Shown here: in pieces, positions 1-8,060 of the stretch | Layout: the number at the start of each line of letters is the position of its first letter | Position numbering within the stretch: the first letter of the stretch is position 1 | IMG/VR virus record: IMGVR_UViG_3300045988_177189 | Span: 1-36,295 of that record | Strand: one strand, 5' to 3' | Source of the DNA: a virus | DNA: 36,295 nucleotides | The notes under the pieces: generated by a model | Seen by the model: the letters and a program-made list of their open reading frames with translations, nothing else | The model's database searches: none | What the model was told of the DNA's origin: nothing | Made by a program: the position numbers and the translations under genes

Positions 1-55
1 AAAGCAAAAGAAATACAGTATATAACAGAAAATATTGACAATATAAACAATCGTA
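1..55. repeat. 55-bp terminal overlap identical to 36241..36295 (closed-circle assembly junction)
   Basis: First and last 55 nt are identical when read directly. An ORF runs across the junction. Confidence 0.95.
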
Positions 56-195
56 TCAATCAGATTGACAAAGGTGATTATATTGAGATATTAGGAGATA
101 TCTATGCAAACAACGATATCGAATTAATCGAACTGATTAAAGAAAAATTAATAAGCAGAAAACACAGTTTTATTAAGCAGCTAAAGGATATCTAG
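1..195 (+). CDS. hypothetical protein, 3' part of the junction-spanning gene (ATG at 36229)
   Basis: Frame is open from position 1 to TAG 193-195. It continues the ORF that starts at 36229 through the 55-bp overlap, about 68 aa in total. Confidence 0.5.
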   Translation, partial: KAKEIQYITENIDNINNRINQIDKGDYIEILGDIYANNDIELIELIKEKLISRKHSFIKQLKDI

Positions 196-197
196 TC

Positions 198-380
198 ATG
201 TTTAGATATTATGTCTACATAGAAACGTTTAATTATGTTGTACCAGTAGTTGTATATGCAGAAAATAAAATTGATGCACACAACATCGCAATGCAGCAGT
301 TTAAAAAAACATTTAAAAGCAGAGTTATAAAAGCGGTAACTCATAAAGATCATTATTATTTTGGTGGATTCGAATATTAA
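198..380 (+). CDS. hypothetical protein (60 aa)
   Basis: ORF track entry on the same strand as its neighbours. No recognisable motif. Confidence 0.4.
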   Translation: MFRYYVYIETFNYVVPVVVYAENKIDAHNIAMQQFKKTFKSRVIKAVTHKDHYYFGGFEY

Positions 381-393
381 AAGGAGTAGCAAA

Positions 394-600
394 ATGAAGA
401 TAACTTATGAAGAATTTAATGATCTGCAAAGACTGCAGAAAATAAGGGACTATGCTCAAGAAATCTTTAATACATTAATTTGTTTAGGATACATCGCTGA
501 AAATAAGCACAGTAAAAAAATTACGGCAATGACAACTGAAATTAAAGCAATTGAAGATGATGCAGTTGAAAATATTAGAAAAATGCTCGAAGAGGAGTAA
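394..600 (+). CDS. hypothetical protein (68 aa)
   Basis: ATG 394 is preceded by AAAGGAG at 379-385. This is the internal start of track ORF 361..600. Confidence 0.6.
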   Translation: MKITYEEFNDLQRLQKIRDYAQEIFNTLICLGYIAENKHSKKITAMTTEIKAIEDDAVENIRKMLEEE

Positions 601-609
601 CAACAATTA

Positions 610-741
610 ATGAAAAAAATATTTTTAATAATAGCTGCTACTTATCTGATGGTGTTCTTAATAAAACCGCAATCAAAATTAGCATTAGTGTTAGCCTTCT
701 TTTATGGATTCTTAGCATTTTTAGAGGATAGAAAACCATAA
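610..741 (+). CDS. small hydrophobic (membrane) protein, 43 aa
   Basis: Hand translation gives MKKIFLIIAATYLMVFLIKPQSKLALVLAFFYGFLAFLEDRKP. It is below the ORF-track size cutoff. Confidence 0.4.
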   Translation: MKKIFLIIAATYLMVFLIKPQSKLALVLAFFYGFLAFLEDRKP

Positions 742-835
742 AAACTATTTTAATAAAAAAATCTCTCTAATCCATTGGTACATATGGGATTAGAGAGAAA
801 ATATAAATGCAATATAATATTTAGGTTATATTGCA
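741..835. repeat. copy A of a ~95-bp two-hairpin intergenic element (copy B at 6097..6190)
   Basis: By eye about 85% identical to 6097-6190, including an exact 32-mer GGGATTAGAGAGAAAATATAAATGCAATATAA. Hairpin 1 spans 762-798 (TCTCTCTAATCC/GGATTAGAGAGA). Hairpin 2 spans 808-835 (TGCAATATAA/TTATATTGCA). Confidence 0.85.
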
Positions 836-851
836 CCAAAGGGGTGATAAA

Positions 852-1502
852 TTGGCAAGACGAATAAAGCATTTTGGCGGTCAGCATGAAACCTTACCAA
901 TAAAAGACAAAAAGCAGCTTGATGAATTTATGTTCAATCTTCTAAGGAAAAGAGACAAAGCAAAAACGCCAATCAAAAAATACCAAGCTGATCGTAACTG
1001 GATGATGTGCATGTTAGGCTTTAATACAGCTTTCAGAGCTGAGGATTTACTTCAACTAAGGGTAATAGATGTAAAAAAAGGATACGTGCATATAAAGGAA
1101 AATAAGACCGCCAAGATGCAAAATTTTAAGATGAATAAGAAACTGAATAATGATGTTTTGGGTTACATAAATAGAAACAATCTAACAGACTATGATTATT
1201 TGTTTCTTGGACAAAAGAAGGTTCAGAATGGTAAGAAATACGTTTATCCTATAACGCGGCAGCGTGCACATAAAATTGTATCTAGAAATGCGAAGGAAGT
1301 GGGCATCGATTTTACTTTTGGTATGCACAGTTTAAGAAAAACATTCGGATATCAGTACTATGCCAATGGTGGTAATCTTCTAACACTTATGAAGATGTAT
1401 AACCACGATGAACCCAATGTGACACTCCTGTATATTTGTTGGGGTAAAGAAGATGCGGAAAATGATAGAGAAGCAGTTTACTTAGGAGGCGTACATAAAT
1501 GA
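852..1502 (+). CDS. small tyrosine recombinase (phage integrase family, ~217 aa, short N-terminal region)
   Basis: Motifs seen: AFRAEDLLQLRV (Arg I region), HSLRKTFG (H-x-x-R) and NHDEPNVTLLYI (His and the Tyr nucleophile). TTG 852 lies 7 nt after AAAGGGG. The track ORF starts at TTG 831. Confidence 0.75.
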   Translation: MARRIKHFGGQHETLPIKDKKQLDEFMFNLLRKRDKAKTPIKKYQADRNWMMCMLGFNTAFRAEDLLQLRVIDVKKGYVHIKENKTAKMQNFKMNKKLNNDVLGYINRNNLTDYDYLFLGQKKVQNGKKYVYPITRQRAHKIVSRNAKEVGIDFTFGMHSLRKTFGYQYYANGGNLLTLMKMYNHDEPNVTLLYICWGKEDAENDREAVYLGGVHK

Positions 1503-1621
1503 TAAGTGATTTTTGGTTAGGTGTGATCCTAACCATTGCAGCAGAAGCAATAATAACAATCTTAGTTGTTGATTATTTAGGACAGAAGGAAAGAGAGGAA
1601 AACAATGACAGTAATAGTTGA
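1499..1621 (+). CDS. possible small membrane protein (40 aa)
   Basis: ATG overlaps the recombinase stop (ATGA). Translation is MISDFWLGVILTIAAEAIITILVVDYLGQKEREENNDSNS. Confidence 0.3.
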   Translation: MISDFWLGVILTIAAEAIITILVVDYLGQKEREENNDSNS

Positions 1622-1796
1622 AACAACTTCTTTAATGGAAGAAATAGTTTTTAGAGATATTGTAAGAATTGAAGATAAGGAAGAATGGATTGTTTTAAAT
1701 GATAAAAATGGTCGGTGTTTACCAATGCCAAAACAAGGCATTGAAAACATAAAAGTATTAGATATTTTAACAAATAAGGAGGGTTTAAAAATTTGA
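1605..1796 (+). CDS. hypothetical protein (63 aa)
   Basis: ORF track entry, with GAAAGAGAGGAAAACA upstream of the ATG. Confidence 0.5.
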   Translation: MTVIVETTSLMEEIVFRDIVRIEDKEEWIVLNDKNGRCLPMPKQGIENIKVLDILTNKEGLKI

Positions 1797-2071
1797 AACA
1801 GTTAGATATTTTTGGCGGTGAAATTGATGTTAAAGAAATCAACAAAGAAACAAAAATTAAACGTTCTATAAAAGGAATGTTTAGAAATTTGCATGGCTAT
1901 GATAAATCTAATTATTGCAAAAATTGTAAATATTGTATTTGTGATCATAGAAGTAGAAGATATTACAAATGTGAAAAAATAGGACAATCTTATAGCGAGG
2001 CAACTGATATTAGACTTAAAGATTATGCGTGTGATCTGTTTATAAAAAGAGAGATGAAAGATGATGCCTGA
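1793..2071 (+). CDS. Cys-rich hypothetical protein (92 aa)
   Basis: ORF track entry. Contains the cluster CKNCKYCICDH...YKCEK, which looks like a zinc ribbon. Confidence 0.55.
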   Translation: MKQLDIFGGEIDVKEINKETKIKRSIKGMFRNLHGYDKSNYCKNCKYCICDHRSRRYYKCEKIGQSYSEATDIRLKDYACDLFIKREMKDDA

Positions 2072-2213
2072 AAGAAAACAATTTAACAAAGGCGAGCGCA
2101 TTAAAGTTCATAAAAAATATAATGGACATTGTGCTTACTGTGGGCAAGAGATTGAAATTAAGGATATGCAGATTGATCACTTGCATCCTCTCTATGCTGG
2201 ATACAGTTACTAA
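2061..2213 (+). pseudogene. truncated or degenerate HNH endonuclease remnant
   Basis: Hand translation MMPERKQFNKGERIKVHKKYNGHCAYCGQEIEIKDMQIDHLHPLYAGYSY* carries CxxC and DH but stops before the second half of the HNH motif. An HNH-tail-like peptide NCRFEKMTKDQWKEWF sits in the +1 frame at 2212-2271. Confidence 0.5.
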
Positions 2214-2473
2214 CTGCCGCTTTGAAAAAATGACAAAAGATCAGTGGAAAGAGTGGTTTTTGCAAAACTGAAAATAATACCCTGAAAGCGTGATTTTACG
2301 TAAATCAGGGGTACGGTAACTTTTTTTGAAAAAATAATAATGAATAATCGGCTAAGAGTGTTGATGGCTATAGAGTTTAAACGATTTAGGTTATCTATCA
2401 AAAAAATTGACACTCTTAGGGATTATGTAACTTTTTTTACAGGTGTTGAAACCGGAAAGGTGAGGATAAAAAA

Positions 2474-2920
2474 ATGTTAAAAATTGAAAAATTAAAAGAT
2501 CAGATTTTAAATTATGATAATAGTGATGATTTTCTCGAATGTTGGTTATATCAGATTACGACAAATTCTTACGATAACAAGAACAGTTGTAGCAATTCTA
2601 CGTGCTCAGAATGCTTAAAAATATCATTGTTAAAGTTATTAGAAGAATATAAAGAACCGATTAAACTCACAAAGTTTGAATATGAACATTTAAAAGTTGC
2701 TAAGAGAGAGAGGTTTAATTTTATTGCAAGAGATGGAGATGGCAGATCGTTTTTGTATAAAAATAAACCTTTAAAGTCGTCGGATGAATGGATTGTTGCT
2801 AGCAAAGATTGTTGTAGGATTTTAGATAGTTTATTTAAATTTGTTAAATGGGAAGATCAATATCCATGGGATATTGATGAAATATTAAGCAACTGTGAGG
2901 TAATTAAAAATGACGTCTAA
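2474..2920 (+). CDS. hypothetical protein (148 aa)
   Basis: ORF track entry, with GGTGAGGA upstream of the ATG. Confidence 0.65.
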   Translation: MLKIEKLKDQILNYDNSDDFLECWLYQITTNSYDNKNSCSNSTCSECLKISLLKLLEEYKEPIKLTKFEYEHLKVAKRERFNFIARDGDGRSFLYKNKPLKSSDEWIVASKDCCRILDSLFKFVKWEDQYPWDIDEILSNCEVIKNDV

Positions 2921-3017
2921 ACAAATGGCGTTCGTATTTTTACTAATAATGCTTATTGCATTTATTTTGTCGCTCGTTTTGGGAATTAGATATTTATTTA
3001 AGGAATGGAGAAAGTAA
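2910..3017 (+). CDS. small membrane protein (35 aa)
   Basis: Hand translation gives MTSKQMAFVFLLIMLIAFILSLVLGIRYLFKEWRK. It fills the gap between neighbouring genes. Confidence 0.4.
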   Translation: MTSKQMAFVFLLIMLIAFILSLVLGIRYLFKEWRK

Positions 3018-3018
3018 A

Positions 3019-3330
3019 ATGCTAATCCTACCAATTAAAAGAAAGTGGTTTGATATGATTTTAAGTGGTGAAAAGAAAGAGGAATATAGAGACATCAAGC
3101 CTTATTATACAAGCAGATTTGAAAACGAATTAGATTTTTGTCAATTTTTCTTTGGTGAAGATTGTTTGATTATTATTTTAAGAAATGGTTATTCAAAAAA
3201 TAGTCCTTATATAAAAGTTAGATGTACTTTGACTAAAGGTTACGGTAAAGAGAAATGGGGAGCAGAAACAGGTAAAAAATATTATATTTTAGAAATAGTT
3301 GAAATCATGGAGGTAGGCAACAATGGATGA
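3019..3330 (+). CDS. ASCH (PUA-like) domain protein
   Basis: N-terminus MLILPIKRKWFDMILSGEKKEEYR matches the ASCH signature (IK..W...I.sG.K..E.R). ATG 3019 follows GGAATGGAGAAAG. Confidence 0.7.
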   Translation: MLILPIKRKWFDMILSGEKKEEYRDIKPYYTSRFENELDFCQFFFGEDCLIIILRNGYSKNSPYIKVRCTLTKGYGKEKWGAETGKKYYILEIVEIMEVGNNG

Positions 3331-4009
3331 TATTATAGTAAAAATAAAAAAACTTATGAATACCGCGAATGATCCTAACGCTAGCGAAAATGAAGTTTTT
3401 GTAGCAGTTAAAAAGGCGCATAAATTAATGGCTAAACATAATATAGGATTAAATGATATTGAATCTAAGACTGAAGATGATGTAATTGAAGCGGTATTAG
3501 ACATCACACCTAATTTTATGATGAGTATTTTACAAGTGGTAAGTGATGAATTTAGGTGTGAATTTCTATATATTTCAAGAAAAAATAGATTTATTCCTAA
3601 AATATACGGATTGAAAAATGATGTTGACGCAGCTGTAGAAGTAATAAAAAACATTACAGTGTTTATTAATAATGAATTACCTAGATATGTAAAAAAATAT
3701 AAGAAAAAAGCAAGTTATGATTTTACTTCAATTTTACAAGATTATATTCCGTGTGATGCAAGAGTGCTAAAAAGAAGTTACTGTCTTGGATTTTCGAATC
3801 GTTTAGATGAATTCTTCAATCAAAATAAACTAGAACTAAAACAGGAATTCGAAAAATATGAATTAATTTCTTTAGGCATTCCCAAAATTGTTACAGATTA
3901 TGTTAATAACGTTATAAAGCCAAAAAAAGTGAAAAGTAAAGAACTTGCAGTATCTAGACGCGCTTTTAATGCCGGTGTAACAGCCTGCGACAAGTATAAT
4001 GGAAGGTAG
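3323..4009 (+). CDS. DUF2786-like replication-module protein
   Basis: N-terminus IVKIKKLMNTANDPNASENEVFVAVKKAHKLMAKHNI resembles the DUF2786 helix pair. It lies in the replication module. Confidence 0.6.
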   Translation: MDDIIVKIKKLMNTANDPNASENEVFVAVKKAHKLMAKHNIGLNDIESKTEDDVIEAVLDITPNFMMSILQVVSDEFRCEFLYISRKNRFIPKIYGLKNDVDAAVEVIKNITVFINNELPRYVKKYKKKASYDFTSILQDYIPCDARVLKRSYCLGFSNRLDEFFNQNKLELKQEFEKYELISLGIPKIVTDYVNNVIKPKKVKSKELAVSRRAFNAGVTACDKYNGR

Positions 4010-4016
4010 TTATAAA

Positions 4017-4682
4017 ATGGAGACTAAAGTTAGACAAAGCAATTACATAACAATTTTAGGATGGATGATATCAGATCTAAAGTTAAAAGGTAATGCACTG
4101 CTTATTTATGCAATTATTTACGGCTTTTCACAAACACAAGATTTAGCATATACAGGAAGTAGACAATATTTAGCGGATTGGACTAATTCAACACTTCAGG
4201 GAGTATCTAAATGTCTAAAAAAATTAGTAGATGATGGTTTTATCATCAAGAAAGAAAATGTAATAAATGGTGTTAAATTTTGCGAATATAAAGCAGTAGT
4301 TCCCGAGTTGCTACCAGTAAACAAAGTTTACGGGGGTAGGCAACAAAGTTTACATAATAATATAGAATATAATACTAGTAATATATATAGTGCAAAATTT
4401 GATAAAAATGATGCATTTAAAAGATTCTGGAGTGTATATCCCAGACATACGAACAAGAAAAAAGCATTTGATGTTTTTGTTAAAAAATGTACCGATGAAA
4501 CTGTACTGCAAAAGATGTTAAGCGCAGTTGTTGATTATAAAGAGACAGAACAGTGGCAGAATGAAAGATTTATCCCTCATGCTTCTACATGGCTTAACGG
4601 CGAAAGATGGGAAGATGAAATCAATCCAGCTTCTAAAAGTAATTTAAATGATGATAATGAATGGATGAGCGGATATGAATAA
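4017..4682 (+). CDS. replisome organiser / replication initiator-like wHTH protein
   Basis: N-terminal winged-helix-like region (GNALLIYAIIYGFS...SRQYLADW...VSKCLKKLVDDGFI). C-terminal FWSVYPRHTNKKKAFDVF motif. Sits directly upstream of the helicase. Confidence 0.6.
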   Translation: METKVRQSNYITILGWMISDLKLKGNALLIYAIIYGFSQTQDLAYTGSRQYLADWTNSTLQGVSKCLKKLVDDGFIIKKENVINGVKFCEYKAVVPELLPVNKVYGGRQQSLHNNIEYNTSNIYSAKFDKNDAFKRFWSVYPRHTNKKKAFDVFVKKCTDETVLQKMLSAVVDYKETEQWQNERFIPHASTWLNGERWEDEINPASKSNLNDDNEWMSGYE

Positions 4683-5868
4683 TTATCAAGATGATCTAAT
4701 CGGTATGTTTCTTGTTAAACCGCAGCTTCTGGATTTAACTATTCTAAAATCGTCATATTTTGATAAAAAGCATCGCGATATATTTACTGCTATAAAAAAG
4801 TCGTATAAGGAAAATAAAACTATTATTTTAGAGGATATCCTAGCAGTAAAGGGAATTGATGTTGATCTTGTTATTGCCTGTTCTACAAGTACCGCAACAA
4901 CTGCTCTATTTGAGCAGTATCAGGATTATGCAGTTAAGGAATACAAGAAAAAAGCTCTATTAGCAACTGCTAAAAAGCTCCAGAATGATGAAATTACAAT
5001 TGATGAATTTTACAAGGATACAAACAATTTTGCATCTTTAGGATCATATTCATCTACTCGTTTGACTAAAGAACTGCTTAAAGGCTCGATTACAAAGCAT
5101 AAGAACAATATCAAGTTTACCAGATTTACAATTTTGGAAAAGAAACTCAATTTAAAAGAAAATGACTTTGTTATTTTAGCAGGTGCTACTGGTGTAGGTA
5201 AATCGGGTATTGCTATAAATTTGATGGATGATCTATCTCGTAATTATCCTTGTGTATATTTCAATTTCGAAATGGTAGAAGAGGAGCTGTATCAAAGACT
5301 TATTTCTATCAATTCAAAATTAAATCAAAAAATGCTTGAGCAGTATGAGACACTGCCACAAAAAAATATGAATGTTGTTAATGATGCAATTGATGATATT
5401 TCAAAAAGACATATTGACATTATAAATCATTCATCAACATTGGATAAATTAAGATCGTTTATTATGAGCTACAAAAGCGATAAGCATTTTATAGTGTTTG
5501 TGGACCATGTAGGGCTTATCGGTGTACGTGCTAAAAACAGTTATGAAAAAATGACAGAAGTAGCCAAGGAGCTAAGAAAAATGAGCTTGGACAACAACTG
5601 TACTATCATTGGTCTTTGTCAATTGAATAGGGAAGCAACTAAAAATGCAAAACAGCCTAATTTATCGATGTTAAGAGATTCGGGTGAGTTAGAACAAAGT
5701 GCAAGCAAGGTTATATTTGTCTGGAAGAACGAAAAAGACTGCGCAGAAGATTATTATCTAGTTATCGAGAAAAACAGAAGTGGTCCTAAATCAATCATTC
5801 CAATAGGCTACAACAAAGAAAATCAAATTGCTTATGAATTAAGCAATAAGAGAGATTTAAGAACATAG
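4675..5868 (+). CDS. DnaB-family replicative helicase
   Basis: Walker A AGATGVGKSG, Walker B-like FVDHVGLI, LCQLNRE, and the LRDSGELEQSASKVIFVW motif typical of the DnaB C-terminal domain. Confidence 0.9.
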   Translation: MNNYQDDLIGMFLVKPQLLDLTILKSSYFDKKHRDIFTAIKKSYKENKTIILEDILAVKGIDVDLVIACSTSTATTALFEQYQDYAVKEYKKKALLATAKKLQNDEITIDEFYKDTNNFASLGSYSSTRLTKELLKGSITKHKNNIKFTRFTILEKKLNLKENDFVILAGATGVGKSGIAINLMDDLSRNYPCVYFNFEMVEEELYQRLISINSKLNQKMLEQYETLPQKNMNVVNDAIDDISKRHIDIINHSSTLDKLRSFIMSYKSDKHFIVFVDHVGLIGVRAKNSYEKMTEVAKELRKMSLDNNCTIIGLCQLNREATKNAKQPNLSMLRDSGELEQSASKVIFVWKNEKDCAEDYYLVIEKNRSGPKSIIPIGYNKENQIAYELSNKRDLRT

Positions 5869-5881
5869 GAGGATTTAGAAA

Positions 5882-6094
5882 ATGAACAAAAGCGAGAAGC
5901 AATATAAAGATGAAATTATAAACAAAGAAGATGTTTTAAAAGGCCTCATTACTCATGATTGTAAATCAACGTTATTTGCGGTTTTATTAAGTGATAATAC
6001 AAGGATTAAAGACCTTGAATATCAAGTTATGAATGATATTAGATCAATGATTGAAGATAATGATTATATCTTTATAAAAAGGACAGAAATTTAA
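5882..6094 (+). CDS. hypothetical protein (70 aa)
   Basis: ORF track entry, with AGGAGGA upstream. Confidence 0.55.
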   Translation: MNKSEKQYKDEIINKEDVLKGLITHDCKSTLFAVLLSDNTRIKDLEYQVMNDIRSMIEDNDYIFIKRTEI

Positions 6095-6096
6095 CA

Positions 6097-6190
6097 AAAA
6101 CTATTTTGATTAAAAATTCTCTCTAATTCGTTGGTAGATAAGGGATTAGAGAGAAAATATAAATGCAATATAACATCTTGGATATATTGC
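6097..6190. repeat. copy B of the ~95-bp two-hairpin intergenic element
   Basis: See copy A. Hairpin 1 spans 6118-6154 and hairpin 2 spans 6165-6190. Confidence 0.85.
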
Positions 6191-6209
6191 GCGTTTAAGG
6201 AGCAGAATA

Positions 6210-6515
6210 ATGGAAAATTTAAACAGCGCTGAAAAAATTGTGAAAGGATTTGAGTTGGTGGGTGAAGGAGTATTAGAAACATTTCAAAACGCAATGAATC
6301 TTTTTGTTGATGCTCTTTCTAATTTTGTTGATTGTGTTAATATGATAAATAAAGTCAATCATAAGAAACCGAGATTACCTAGAAAAATAAAAAAGAAATA
6401 CAAGAAGTTAGGAATTTATGAAGATTGGAAAAGTGGTGCTCATTTAAGGGCGGAGTTTACAAATGGAATAGAAAAAACAGTTGCTTTAAAGGAGGTAAAA
6501 AATGAAATGGGTTAA
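6210..6515 (+). CDS. hypothetical protein (101 aa)
   Basis: ORF track entry, with TAAGGAG upstream. Confidence 0.6.
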   Translation: MENLNSAEKIVKGFELVGEGVLETFQNAMNLFVDALSNFVDCVNMINKVNHKKPRLPRKIKKKYKKLGIYEDWKSGAHLRAEFTNGIEKTVALKEVKNEMG

Positions 6516-6756
6516 AGAATATATTCGAAAAAGAAGAATAGAAAAATGGAAGAAAGAAGTAGAAAAGATAGCTGTTATTGCTGCTGCATGTTTGAACACG
6601 CAATTTAAATTTTTTAACTGTGATTTAAATTTAACTGATTCAAAAAAACAGGATTTATATAGAACTATTGATGGAAAAAAGCTGCCATATGTTATATATA
6701 CAGATAAAAACAGTTTTATGATATATCCAAGTGAATTAGTAGAGGAGCAAAAATGA
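6502..6756 (+). CDS. hypothetical protein (84 aa)
   Basis: ORF track entry, with AAGGAGG upstream. Confidence 0.55.
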   Translation: MKWVKEYIRKRRIEKWKKEVEKIAVIAAACLNTQFKFFNCDLNLTDSKKQDLYRTIDGKKLPYVIYTDKNSFMIYPSELVEEQK

Positions 6757-7052
6757 CGACAAATAAAACTGATGATTTAGGTATAAGCAATGACGTATTA
6801 GCGGATTACATTAAACGATATGAGGCAGCTGTGAATCACGTATTTAAAGATTATCCTAAACAGCCATCAATTTACAGTCATGAACGACAGGAGTACAGTG
6901 GATTGGATATAAATACATATATCTATATTGCAGATAATTATTGTCACTTGAAAAAAAGACTGGAGGAGCGCAATGCAAGAAGCAAAATACCAAATAAAAA
7001 ACTGGAAAAAATGGAAAGCAACAAAATATCTTCTTATTCAAACAAAGAATGA
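6753..7052 (+). CDS. hypothetical protein (99 aa)
   Basis: ORF track entry with GAGGAGC upstream. It overlaps the next gene by 80 nt, so one of the two boundaries is uncertain. Confidence 0.45.
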   Translation: MTTNKTDDLGISNDVLADYIKRYEAAVNHVFKDYPKQPSIYSHERQEYSGLDINTYIYIADNYCHLKKRLEERNARSKIPNKKLEKMESNKISSYSNKE

Positions 7053-7452
7053 GCTAATGAATGATATAAAAGCTATTACATATACTGATGAACTTCCGGG
7101 AGGATCACATAAAAGTATTGCTGATAAGTATAATAAGTTAATAGAAGATGTAAAGATTTATGATGATTATATTAATGCATATGGTTTCTTTATAAACAGA
7201 TTAGAAAACGCAATAGCAACAATGCTGAATGAAAATCAACGTAAGGCAGTTATAATTTATTCTAATAATCCATATAAAGGTGGTTATGAAAAAAGAATAG
7301 AGGAAGCCTTAAAAACAGGTTTCTCAAAAAGTTATTTTTATGATTTGTTAACTGAATCTTATGAAATACTTGGTAGTGTTTTAGATATAGAGTGCGATGA
7401 AAATAGAAACATAATTGAATCCGTGGACAAATCACGGACAAAAAACGCCTAA
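6973..7452 (+). CDS. putative late-gene transcriptional regulator (ArpU/RinA-like)
   Basis: Last gene before the HNH and structural block, which is the typical ArpU position. The sigma region-4-like tail LNENQRKAVIIY...SKSYFYDLLTESYEIL supports this. GGAGGA precedes ATG 6973. An alternative start is ATG 7057. Confidence 0.45.
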   Translation: MQEAKYQIKNWKKWKATKYLLIQTKNELMNDIKAITYTDELPGGSHKSIADKYNKLIEDVKIYDDYINAYGFFINRLENAIATMLNENQRKAVIIYSNNPYKGGYEKRIEEALKTGFSKSYFYDLLTESYEILGSVLDIECDENRNIIESVDKSRTKNA

Positions 7453-7523
7453 AAATGTGTTATTATGATATTGTGGAAGTTTTGAAAGAACACCACATCA
7501 GCAGTCAATGAACACTTTGTCAG

Positions 7524-7555
7524 GAAGAAACTCGAAAGGGTTTCTTTTTGCTTTT
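7524..7555 (+). terminator. rho-independent terminator after the regulator gene
   Basis: Stem AAGAAAC/GTTTCTT with loop TCGAAAGG, followed by TTTTGCTTTT. Confidence 0.6.
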
Positions 7556-7573
7556 GTGAAGAAGGAAATATTT

Positions 7574-7942
7574 ATGTATGAAAGCGAAGGTTTACAAATG
7601 GCAATTAAAAGATTAGATCGTGATGGGTCTCACCGTAAGCAGTTCGAAAGAAATAAAAAGAAAATATACGCAACTCAAACAGTGTGCGGAATATGCGGAA
7701 AGCCGGTAGATTTTAGTTATAAATATCCGCATCCTTTATCACCGTGTATCGATCACATCATACCGGTTGCAAAAGGAGGACATCCAAGTGACATTGATAA
7801 TCTTCAACTGGCACACTGGACATGCAACAGACAAAAGAGTGACAAATTATTTTCAAGCAGTGGGATGCACAAGGCGAAGGTAGTAACAAACAGAGACCTT
7901 CCTCATACAATCAACTGGATTGCTTATAAATCGTCAAAATAA
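7574..7942 (+). CDS. HNH endonuclease (packaging-associated)
   Basis: CGICG...IDHIIPVAKGGHPSDIDNLQLAHWTCNRQKSDK is a complete HNH motif. The start is placed at ATG 7574, after the terminator. ATG 7598 is also possible. Confidence 0.9.
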   Translation: MYESEGLQMAIKRLDRDGSHRKQFERNKKKIYATQTVCGICGKPVDFSYKYPHPLSPCIDHIIPVAKGGHPSDIDNLQLAHWTCNRQKSDKLFSSSGMHKAKVVTNRDLPHTINWIAYKSSK

Positions 7943-8060
7943 GCCATTTGAGAGGTGTTTTAAATATGGGGCATGATACCCCCTAAAATCTTTCTTCCGT
8001 AGTTCACGGCGTACTGTGAATATTTTCTCACGGATAAATTAAGGCGAAAGGAGTGAAAAA

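Noticed and set aside
360-385. GGATTCGAAT, a possible T-arm hinting at a tRNA
   Set aside because: No acceptor or anticodon stems can be drawn around it. It lies within overlapping coding frames.
831-851. TTG 831 as the recombinase start (ORF-track coordinate)
   Set aside because: TTG 831 lies inside the 3' arm of hairpin 2 of the repeat element and has no SD. TTG 852 follows AAAGGGG at proper spacing. The difference is only 7 codons and is unresolved without data.
2210-2413. 67-aa minus-strand ORF in the gap after the HNH remnant
   Set aside because: It has no SD and encodes a low-complexity Ile/Phe/Ser-rich sequence. The region is better explained as intergenic, with a 10-bp inverted repeat (CTAAGAGTGT at 2352-2361, ACACTCTTAG at 2410-2419) around a TTGACA box.
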